From positions 66,402,001 to 66,466,000 of the forward strand of contig OZ024740.1 of NCBI GenBank assembly GCA_964016885.1: a stretch of 64,000 bases of DNA, given 5' to 3'. Under the pieces are notes generated by a model. The model was not told the origin of the DNA and searched no databases. It saw only the letters and a list, made by a program, of their open reading frames with translations. Shown piece after piece: positions 12,233 through 22,640 of this stretch (the stretch's first letter is position 1; every line of letters begins with the position of its first letter). The stretch comes from Eledone cirrhosa. Lineage: Eukaryota. A program made the translations under genes and the position numbers.

Positions 12233-15200
12233 ATGACCTCACTCAGAATAGGCAGCATAAATGCGCGTGGCTTGGGGTCGTCATGGAAGCAGGGCCACCT
12301 GCTCAACGACCTCAGGTCATTAAACATAGATGTAGTGGCCATCAGCGAGACCAGAATCTCCGAACCACAGGCTTTCGCACCGATCTTCGGCGGCTACGAT
12401 GTGTACGCATCTCCCAGCCGTCCGGGATCGGGGGGAGGAGCTGCTCTGCTTTTTCGGAGAGGTTTGGATCTTGCCATACGGGCCATCTTCCTGGACCCAG
12501 AAGGTAAGTTGGTGGTGCTGGACATGACCAGCTGAGACGGGCAAGCTTTCAGGTTAGTGGCCGTCTATGCCCCGACAGGAGCAGGGCGGCCTGATTTCTT
12601 CCGGCGTCTGGAGACCTTTCTTGGAACGTCCCGCTCTTTAGTGTTAGTGGGCGACTGGAACGGTATCTTAGATGCACGCTGGGATTGTGTGGGATTAGTG
12701 GATAGGGAAGGAGGGTGCAAGAGTCTCACCAACCTGCTCAGACGTTTTGAACTGTCTGACAGGTACCGAATGGATTTCCCGAATGTACCAATGTGGACTT
12801 GGACAAATCGCATAGGGTCATCCAGATCATATCTAGATAGAGTATTTTGTAGGGAAATAGATAGGTCTAGCATAGGCTGTCCACAATTCAAGATAGTCAG
12901 CTACACGGACCACAAATTCGTGATCTGTGTGCTTGACTTAGATAGGCTTCATAGACGAGGACCCGGCTACTGGAAGCTAAACGCGTCCTTACCAGCGCGC
13001 AAGGCCTACAGAGACCGGATTAGCGAACTAGTTAAGCGGGCGTTGACGGGGGCCATCGTCAACAACAAGTGGTGGTTTGCTCTGAAAAGAGCAATTAGAA
13101 TAGAGTCCATTAGGTTTAGTAAGACTTTAGCAATAGAGAAAAATAGAGCAGAGGGAGAACTAGTTAGAAAATTAGATGAGGCGCTTAGCAAAGGCATCGC
13201 GACCGACGTACTTGCGGCGAAATGGGCCCTTGACGAATTCTTCAATGCAAAGCACGAAGGCTGCGTTGTCAGAGCTAGGGTGCGTGCTCTCAGACACGAG
13301 CGGACGAAAGCCGTTCAATGGGCCCGAGTGGCGGAGGCGCGTCGTGGCAACAAAGCCACGATCCGGTCTTTGGTGGACCACGACGGGCGCATGCTACTCG
13401 ATCCCGGGCAAATGTGTGAAGCTTTTCAGCGACACTTCGCTCAACTGTTCGGGGGCAGTGGCGGGCCGGATCGAGGGATGGACTTTAGTGTCTACCTCGA
13501 CGGACTGCCGCGGCTTTCGGCCACTGAGGCGGAGTGTTGCGAAAAGCCGATAACAACCGCTGAAGTACGGGATGCAATGACTAGTTGCACAAGGGGTAAA
13601 TCGCCTGGTTTGGATGGTCTGCACTATGAACTTTCCGTACAAATGCCAAACTTGTTCGGAGGCCTCTTGGCGGACGTCTACTGCAACTGGCAACAGAACG
13701 GGAGAATTCCCAGGTCTGTGAGCCGAGGAGCGGTGGCGCTGCTGAGAAAGGATCCGAACAAGGGGGATAACATAGATAATTTTAGGCCCATAACTCTGCT
13801 AAACACAGAGTTCAAGATTTTGGCCAAGGTGCTAGCAAAGAGGTTGGCGCTTGTCGTTGGTGGTCTGGTGGGAGAGCCACAGACATGCGCTATTCCCGAC
13901 AGATCCATCCACGACACCCTCCACCTCATGCGATACATCGTAGAGAGGGTAGCTAGGGAACCTGGCACGGGTGGGTCTTTGATCAATTTAGATCAGTCGA
14001 AAGCCTTCGATAGGGTCGACCATCGTTACCTAACGGCAGTCCTGAGGGTGGCTGGCTTTGGGCCCGTCTTCAGAGGCTGGATCGCTGCCATGCACAGCGA
14101 CATCTGCTCTGTAGTGAGAGTGAACGGTCACCTTTCGGAACCGTTCAACATCATGCGCTCGGTCCGCCAAGGATGTCCCCTCTCGTCCCTATTGTACGAA
14201 TTGACTCTCGAGCCATTACTGCACAAGCTAGAGACGTTGAGGGGGGTCCCGCGCGAACTAGGATGCGGAAGATCCGTGTCAGCATATGCCGACGATGTCA
14301 CCGTAGTGGTGTCGAACGCCAAACACATCGAGGCGATCGGCACTACACTAAGAGAATACGAAGCGGTGACAGGAGCAAAGATCAACCAGGAAGAGTCAGT
14401 GGGCCTGCAGCTCGGCACCTGGAGAGGCAGGTCCATGCCGTCCAACAGCGTCGTCGGGCGCTGGACGGACGAACCGGCTAAATTGCTAGGGGTCTGGTTC
14501 GGTCCAGACCTCCAGACGGACAAAAACTGGGACGAGGTGACGAGCAGGGTGGCTTCTCTCACCCAGAAATGGGCCGAGAGGAAGCTATCCCTGAAAGGTC
14601 GAGCGGAGGTGGCGAATGCGTACATCGCATCCGTCATCTACTACCGCCTGACCGTCATACCTTGTCCTAAGCCCCGCCTGACTGCGCTGGAGCGTTTGCT
14701 CTTTCGCTTCTTGTGGAAGGGACGCGCTCCGATGGTCAGGCGGTCCATCTGCTGTCAACACCCGCTGCGTGGAGGGCTGGGCATGCCGTGGCTGATGATG
14801 CACAGACACGCGCTCAGGCTACGACATCTCCACCTCTTCCTCGACTGTGATCAGGTGTGGTCGCCGTTTGCAAGACGCGTTTTTCCCCAGCTCGTCTCCT
14901 TGACGGAGCTGCAGTCCTGGGTCAAGCGAAGACCGAGAGGGAGCGCTTGGAGACTGGAATGTCTTCAGGCGCTCACAGCCCTCGACCAATCGGGCAATGT
15001 GTACGGTGGAAACTCCACCTTGGCGTTCTATAGGGGATTAGTGGAGGGGAAGAGCGACGACGTACTTGGAGAAACTCTAGGCGTCGACGAAAATCAACTA
15101 GCCAATCTCTTCGGAAGGACTTTCGGGCCGGGGCCTATGGACAAATTCCAGAAATCCCTGGCCTGGCAGTGCTACCGAGGAGCTTTGCCAGTTCGGGATA

Positions 15201-15651
15201 AACTCTACAGGCATGGAGGTTCCGTCAGCCGGGCATGTCCGAGATGCGCGCAGGGCGACGAAACCGTCTGCACGCACTCGTCCAGTGTCCGAGCATTGCT
15301 GATTTGTGGGTTTATGTCGAACACCTGCAGTCACGTGTAGGACGGATCCAGCTATCAGCTGAGTCCATCGTGAGGATTGCCCCGCCCCCTTCCTTTAGCC
15401 TGGAAGGGCAGGCAGTTTTTATCTGTCTGGTGGCCATGGCGAAAGAGATAGTATGGTGGACACGTTTGAAAGGGCTGAAGACGAGCACTTACCTCTTCGG
15501 TGATGCCCTGATTAACTTTTTCAAATTTCATTTGAAAAGGAAAATCAGGGTAGAGAGGGAAGTGCTCTCTTCCCAGCATTTTGTTAAAAGATGGGTGAGA
15601 GAAGCAAGTATGGCCCGAATGAATGGGCCTTCTCTGAGTATGTGTCTGTAA
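12233..15651 (+). pseudogene. Tx1 ORF2, copy C, premature TGA plus one frameshift
   Basis: GGA>TGA at 12533-12535 in the APE domain; YADD intact; 1-bp loss near 15267 inside the CCHC finger. Confidence 0.92.
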
Positions 15652-15893
15652 ATTAAAGGTGGAAAACTGGGAGAGGGCACTTGCCCTGGTGATCAGGGCC
15701 ACTGTGGTCTTTTAATGGGCTTTCTCCACAAATGTCCCTTGGAAGTCTCCCCCCTATTGGGGAATTTTTCTTTGTTATTTTATTTCAACCTCTGTTTTTT
15801 TACACGCAGAAATGCCCATTTGTACCGTCCTGTATTGTCCTGTACTGTCCTTAATGTCTACTTTATGTGAACCCTTGTGGTTAATAAAGAAAA

Positions 15894-15894
<1 letters not shown>

Positions 15895-15939
<45 letters not shown>
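15895..15939 (+). repeat. (ATT)15 tract at a tail-to-tail Tx1/Dong junction
   Basis: Directly visible. Confidence 0.97.
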
Positions 15940-16004
15940 GTTTTTTGAGTCTCAGTCATTGATGATATTTAACTGGAAAGTTTGTTGAAATCAATATCAA
16001 TCCA

Positions 16005-19000
16005 CTAACTGCAGCCTCTGCTATTCAGGACGTATCGAAGGGTTCTAGCTGTACCAAGCAAGCATGCCTTTTGAAGTGTTCCAAAAACCGGGGCGGGACT
16101 AATTTTCTTTAACCATCCTTGGAAACTCTTTGAGATAGTACCTAGTACGCCTATGACAATCGGGACCACTTTGACTTCATGGCAGTTCCAAATCCCTTTT
16201 ACCTCCCACTTTAAGTCCTGGTATCGGTTAATTTTCTCCCACTCCTTCTCTTGCACTCTTGTCTCGAATAGGCAGGCTACATCCACAATCAGGCACGATC
16301 TTTTTTCCTTATCCAAAACTACCAGGTCACGTCTATTGTGTTCCAGTTTGTTGTCCGTTTGTATCCTAAAATCCCACAGCACCTTCACCTGATCGTTTTC
16401 CATCACCGACTCTGGCTTATGCTCATACCACTTCTCAGAATGTGGTAAATTGTTTACTTCGCGTAGGTGCCAGTGGATCACCCTGCACATCACATCATGT
16501 CTCCAGCCTTTATAGTGAGTCTGGGCTGAGGGTTTACACCCGGATACAATGTGAGCCACAGTCTCTTCTTTCTCTCTACACTGATCCTACACAGTTGGCT
16601 AGCTTGCTCATTGTAAATATGGTGTTTGAGCCACTTCGTTTTGAGGCCCTGCTCTTGCGCAGCCATTAGCATTCCTTCTGTGGCCTTTGTAAGGTCTCCT
16701 CTTTTCAACCAGTTCCATGTCTGTGGATCTCTGAATTCAGTTTTCTCAAAGAAGGTAATATGAAGGGATTTTTCATGAAGGCTGCTCTTTCTCCTTGTTG
16801 TTATTTCCTCATTGGACATCCCCTGGTCTATTGTTCTCTCTTTCAGTACAATTCTGAGCATTGGCTCCCTACTATCAGTCACGTATTTGCGTAGGTTGTT
16901 TTTCTCCATCTGAATACAGTCATCTTTGCTGATAAGACCTCTTCCATCTTAAGATCTCCTTAAGTAGAGTCTATCGACATCACTCCTCTTGTGTTACATG
17001 TTGTAGATAGTCAATAGCTTCCTAGTCTTCCTATCCATTTCTTTTTGTACAGCAACATTCCATCTCAGAATTCCCGCACTGTACCTAATAATAGACACAC
17101 CTCGGGAATTTACTGCACTTATGGCATTCCTACTGTTCAGATGTGATTTTAATACGCTCCTTACTCTCCGAATATATTCAGATCTTATCAATTCCTTCAT
17201 TTTTTTGTTTTTGATGTCATCAGCCTCCAGAACACCTAAATATTTGTATTCTTCTTCAATGTCAATTTCCTTTATCATTTCATCTGTTGGTACCTGGATT
17301 CCGTTGCATCTGCTCAATTTACCCATCTTCATCACAAGGACTCCACACTTACTGATACCAAATTGCATACATATATCATTGCTGAAAATACGTACAGTGT
17401 CAACAAGTACACCAACTCCTTCTCACTCTTCCCGAAGAGCTTACAATCGTCCATGAAGAGGAGGTGATTGATGGTAAGCTCTCCCTTTCCCAACTTGTAT
17501 CCTGCTCTCACTTTTCGCAGTATAATGGTCAGGGGCATCAGAGCAAGGACAGACAACAGAGGTTACAGACTATCTCCCTGGATGATACCTCTCTTGGCCC
17601 TCACGCCTCCCAAGGATTCTCCAGCCGATGTTAACTCTGTTTTCCACGACTTCATACTTTTGCTCAACAACTGTCTGATGTTATCTGCCACCTTGAAGAT
17701 CTCCAGGCTTTTGGTGATCCAAAAATGAGGTACCATGTCAAATGCCTTTTTGTAGTCTATCCTTCCCATGGCAACACCAGTGTGTCTCCTCTTGCAATTC
17801 CTCATTACCATCTTATTAATAAGTAACTGGTCCTTTGTACCACGGGACTTCTTTCGGCATCCTTTTTGTTCTTCGGGTAACAAGTTGTTTATGTGGAGGT
17901 GATTGTAGATTTCCTCAGACACAATGCTTGTTAACAGTTTCCACATTACGGACAGACATGTGATAGGTCTATTGTGGGTAACATCATTACCCTTTATTCG
18001 GTCTTTCATTACCAGAACTGTGGTACCTTTTGTCAACCACTCTGGTACCTCACCTGACATCAAGCAGTCATTGAACATGGTTGTCAGTTTCGGGTGGAGG
18101 GATGTTATATTTTTAATCCAATACCCCTGCACACAATCCGGTCCTGGTGATTTCCAGTTGGTTAGTGTTTTAGCCTGCCCCTTAAGAGTTTCAACTGTGA
18201 TACACAAATAATTTTGTTGGTGTGCCTGTTCACTAAAATCCTTTTGTACTGTCTCAATTCACACGGCCTGATAATTATGTTTAACATCCTGCTCCCATAT
18301 TCCTCTCCTGAATGTCTTAGTTTGTTCCGCATCAGGGATCATGTTATTGCCTCTTTCTTTCCCTTCAAACTGTCCAAACAACATCTTCTGGTTGTTGTCA
18401 AACATGCGGTTCTGTCTATACTGACTGACTCTGCTCGCGTATCGCCTAATCTTTGCACTCTTTGCTACAGTGCGTTACTTCAGTTCCTCTATGATAATAT
18501 TTAGCGTTTTCCTCCTAGTTTTGTACTTTATTTCCAGTCTATTTTTAGTGTCTATGTTTCTTAGTGTCCTATTCAGTAGGGACTCAATGTTTCCAATGTT
18601 ATTTCTCATTTCCCTGATTTGACTATTCAGTCGTTTCTTCCACCAAGGTTCTGATCTTTCTTGTTTGTTGTTTCCTCTCGCTTTTATGCCAAGTAATTTC
18701 CTCACCGCATTTGCTGTTGCTTTGAGGATATTTTTGCACTGGTGAAGGCTCCTCGCCTCAAGGTATGGGATGACTTTGTTTTCCTTAGATGTTGTTTCTT
18801 TTAACTTGTTCCTCTCTACAAATCTTAGGTTCATAGGTTTCCCACTATCATTGTTCATTTCATTTACCACTAAGTTTAGGATATCAACCAAATCTTGTCC
18901 TAGCCCGTCAGTATTCATTTCATCAATGGCCGCATCTTTGTTCCTGGTATTATTTATTTGGTTGACTTTGCCTTTCATCCTTACGGGGTCGATAAAATAA

Positions 19001-19517
19001 AGTACCAGTAATGCACTGGGTAATTTGCTGGCCTTGTGCCAAATGTAGAAACAATTATTTATTTCAGCATTCAGATCATTGTCTGCTTCGAATGGTTCCT
19101 CCGTTCTCTCGACCTCTTCACCTTCATTTCCCACTGACTCGTTTGCCTGGCATACTCCACTCTTCATCTCCAAGCTAATCTTTCTGCTCAGTTCCTCCAG
19201 TTCCAGCTCGTTTATCCACCCATTAGTTCTTATTACCCGAGCTGGCCAGCCAATTTTTGTTCATCTAATTTAAATAGACCAATCTCTTTCCAGATGTTAT
19301 GCATCCGTTTCCTATAGCCTTTCTCCTTGGGGTTACTCTTCAGGTAACATTGCATAACAGTTCTATTCAATTATTTCGTCCAGTTGGTTCTGGTCCCTTT
19401 CCTTCTTCTTGTTCTTCCTCCGACACCACCAGTATTTGGTTGTCAGCCAGGTCCCTGCTGCTGAGCAAGGGAGAATCTGTTGGGTGAGTGTCTGTCACAT
19501 GACATTCTAGTCTCCAT
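16005..19517 (-). pseudogene. Dong-like family A polyprotein (RT-CCHC-RLE), fragmented
   Basis: ORF pieces 18475-19173, 17563-18207, 17332-17556, 16994-17368, 16490-16909 and 16005-16559 are collinear. Confidence 0.87.
18960..19053 (+). mobile_element. 5'-truncated SINE inserted in the Dong-A ORF
   Basis: Matches the SINE core and tail at 41728-41830 and 56372-56470; 11-bp TSD ATTATTTATTT at 18949-18959 and 19054-19064. Confidence 0.85.
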
Positions 19518-19876
19518 TTCACCGTTATTCGAACTGTTTAGGTTCGACATTTAAACACTCTTATCGAGGATTGGCGAATGTATGGTTACATAACCACCGG
19601 TGAATTAATTGTCTCCGGTGGTTTCGTCACTCCACGTGACTTTTGTGTGGCAATATCACGCTGTAGACGAACCCAAATAAACAAACAAACAAACAGGCAG
19701 AAAAAAACCCCAAAATGAATAAGCATAAGTCTCATTGTAATGTAGTGTTTGAATGTCTGACTTAGTTTTTCCCTTCCCTTCTCTGTCCGTCCGTTTGTTT
19801 TTCTCTTCATTTTTATTTCCTTTACGTTTTTCGTTGTTGCTGTGCTGCTTTGATTTTTATTTATTTTTTTTTTTTT

Positions 19877-21180
19877 ACCGGGTCATCAATTCAGTCTATT
19901 TATATATTTTGATGCCTTCCTCTTTTAGTGAGAATTCTACAATGTAGCAGGGGCTAGCGGGCGAGAATAACGGCGGTAGTGACATTGAGGCAGCGGCGGC
20001 GGCGGCGATGGCGGTGCTGTGCCAGCAGCAACTAGCAGGAGGTAGTGGGAGAGAATAACGGCGGTAGCGATAATGAGGCAGCGGCGGTGGCGATGTGGTC
20101 GTATTACTGTAGCGATGGTGTTGAAGATGGAGTAGAAATTTGAGTCGACTTGACCAGAGTTTTCATCGTGGCAGTGGTAGTGGCACTGGTGGTAAAATTA
20201 TCTTTAGTGAAATTATCATTAGTCGCGGATATGTGTTGACATATACCCTTAATATTGGAATTAAACATTTTGTTAAAACTAAAACTTTATTTTTATTTTT
20301 TTTTATTTTTTTTATTTTGACCGGGTCATCAATTCAGTCTATTTACATATTTTGATGTTTTCCTCTTTTAGTGAGAATTCTACAATGTAGCAGGGGGTAG
20401 CGGGAGAGAATAGCGGCGGTAGTGAAATTGAGGCAGCGGCGGCGGTGGTGGTGGCGGTGCTGTGCCAGCAGCAACTAGCAGGAGGTAGTGGGAGAGAGTA
20501 GCGGCGGTAGCCATAATGACGCAGTGGTGTTGGTGATGTGGTCGTATTACTGTAGTGATGGTGCTGAAGTTGGAGTAGAAATTTGAGTCGACTTGATCAG
20601 AGTTTTCATCCTGGTAGTAGTGGTGGTATTGGTGGTGAAATTATCTTTAGTGAAATTATCATTAGTCGCGTATATGTGTTGACATATTTTTCTTAATATT
20701 GGAATTAAACATTTTGTTAAAACTAAAACTTGATTTTGACTTTTTTTTTTTTTTTTTGATTTTGACCGGGTCATCAATTCAGTCTATTTATATATTTTGA
20801 TGTTTTCCTCTTTTAGTGGGAATTCTACAATGTAGCATGGGGTAGCGGGAGAGAATAGCGGCGGTAGTGATATTGAGGCAGGGGCGGCGGTGGTGGTGGC
20901 GGTGCTGTGCTAGCAGCAACTAGCAGGAGGTAGTGGGAGAGAATAGCGGCGGTAGCGATAATGAGGCAGCGGTGGTGGTGATGTGGTCGTATTACTGTAG
21001 TGATGGTGTTGAAGTTGGAGTAGAAATTTGAGTCGATTTGACCAGAGTTTTCATCGTGGTAGTGGTGGTGGTATTGGTGGTGAAATTATCTTTAGTGAAA
21101 TTATCGTTAGTCGCGTATATGTGTTGACATATATATCCTTAATATTGGAATTAAACATTTTGTTAAAGCTAAAACTTGAG
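19877..21180 (-). repeat. Three tandem ~444-bp monomers, part of the leader upstream of Dong-A
   Basis: Unit anchor ACCGGGTCATCAATTCAGTC at 19877, 20320 and 20765; units separated by T-rich tracts. Confidence 0.9.
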
Positions 21181-21608
21181 GCAATAGTAATAGTAATTAT
21201 TATTATTATGCTGAGATTGGTGGTGGTGGTGGTGAAATTGCCGTTATCTAGCTGTTGTGTTTAGTGTACACAGAGGGTGATGGGGTAGGTGGTGTATCTA
21301 GTTTCTGATGTTGTTGAAATTGCTGTTATTTGGCTGTTCTATATAGTGTAGACAGAGAGGGTTTTCTTCCATTTATAACCATTTCCTTTTTTTAATATAA
21401 AATGTATAATACAAAATTGAATATTTGAGCGATATAACAATATATTATGGATCCGAATTTTTTGGGACTCAAGCCGGATGTTTTATGCAACATTTGTATT
21501 AAGAATTGTGAAATAACAATTTATTTAGAAATGTTAAAAAATAGTAAGACACACAAGGTGGATAGAAGGTCGAGAAATCGCTCCCGTAAGTTTTGATTTT
21601 TTAACATT
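21120..21608 (-). other. Leader segment homologous to 27180-27650
   Basis: Collinear similarity, e.g. TATTGGAATTAAACATTTTGTTAAA and GAGCGATATAACAATATATTATGGATCCGAA. Confidence 0.85.
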
Positions 21609-21629
21609 ATTATTATTATTATTATTATT

Positions 21630-22297
21630 TGCATTTATCTTGCTTTATGTTTATACGAGTTATCACCAAGTCACAACCAGTGACCTCAAGAGACAACAAG
21701 GTCCGCCATGTTCAAGAAAGAACATACATATTCACACATGCATTCTTAGTGTTTAAACTTGTGATGTACTTATATTGACAGGATCTTCCTTAGTATATGG
21801 GCAGTTCCCATTAGTACTATCTTTTGTATTTCTCCTATACGCGGGTTTCCTGGGATTTGCGATAAGTAGTCGTTAGACCCCTTAGGTAGCATTCCCAGAG
21901 CGCCTACAACCACTGGTATTGTTTTAGTTCTCAATTTCCACATTTTTCCAATTTCTATCTCCAGGTCCTTATACTTGCTCAATTTTTCAAATGTTTTTAT
22001 AGATACATTCTTGTCTATTGGAACAGACATATCAATTAGCAGGCATACCCTCCTTTGAAAGTCCTTCAATATTATATCAGGTCTATTTGCATCTATTTTT
22101 CGGTCTGTTTGGATGCTAAAGTTCCACAAGATTGAGATGTGATCTTTTTCAAGTATGGGAGGTGGTTGATGCTCCCACCAATTCTTTTGATGGGGCAGGT
22201 CAAAATGCTTACACATTATCCAATGTATGTATTGTGCAGCTCTGTCATGCCTGTTTAGGTATTCGGTTGGAGCTATAGGACTGCACATTGAAATTAT
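21630..22297 (-). mobile_element. Dong-like family B, 5'-truncated copy (RLE domain + 3' UTR)
   Basis: ORF 21770-22288 contains RHD, NRPDII, LIDMSVP and KLSKY; flanked by (ATT)n on both sides. Confidence 0.9.
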
Positions 22298-22336
22298 ATT
22301 ATTATTATTATTATTATTATTATTGTTATTGTTATT

Positions 22337-22586
22337 CCTTGAATCTCAGTCATTGATGTTGGTTAACTGGAAAGTCCGTTGGATTGAATATCAAGCCACT
22401 ACCTGCAGCCTCAGATATTCAGGACGTATCGGAGGGTTCTTGCTGTTCCAAGCAAGCATGCCTTTTGAAGCGTTCCAAAAAGCGTGAAGGGGCCGATTTT
22501 CTTTAACCATCCCTGGAAACCTTTGGAGATAGTCCCCAGTGCGCCTATGACAATCGGGATCACTTTGACTTCATGGCAGTTCCAAA

Positions 22587-22587
<1 letters not shown>
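22337..22587 (-). mobile_element. Dong-like family A, ~250-bp 3' fragment
   Basis: IWNCHEVKVIPIVIGALG...YVLNI plus the family A 3' UTR; flanked by (ATT)n. Confidence 0.88.
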
Positions 22588-22631
<44 letters not shown>

Positions 22632-22640
22632 CATTACTGT

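Larger units (their letters stand above)
10001..15894 (+). mobile_element. Tx1/L1-clade element, copy C (full length)
   Basis: Same termini as copy B; followed by (ATT)15. Confidence 0.94.
15940..19680 (-). mobile_element. R4/Dong-like RLE non-LTR retrotransposon, family A, full-length degenerate copy
   Basis: N-terminal WT...VMQCYLKS...GYRKRM region, RT (NRPITCL, DYKKAFD, GIIQGDSL, LFMDD), CCHC remnant, and RLE (HNR.DLVV...IVDVAC...K..RY). The 3' end abuts (AAT)n. The 5' boundary is approximate. Confidence 0.88.

Noticed and set aside
19877-21180. CRISPR-like array or ribozyme-bearing satellite in the 444-bp monomers
   Set aside because: No repeat-spacer structure; TTGATGA...CAAAA on - lacks the required CUGA and GAAA core.
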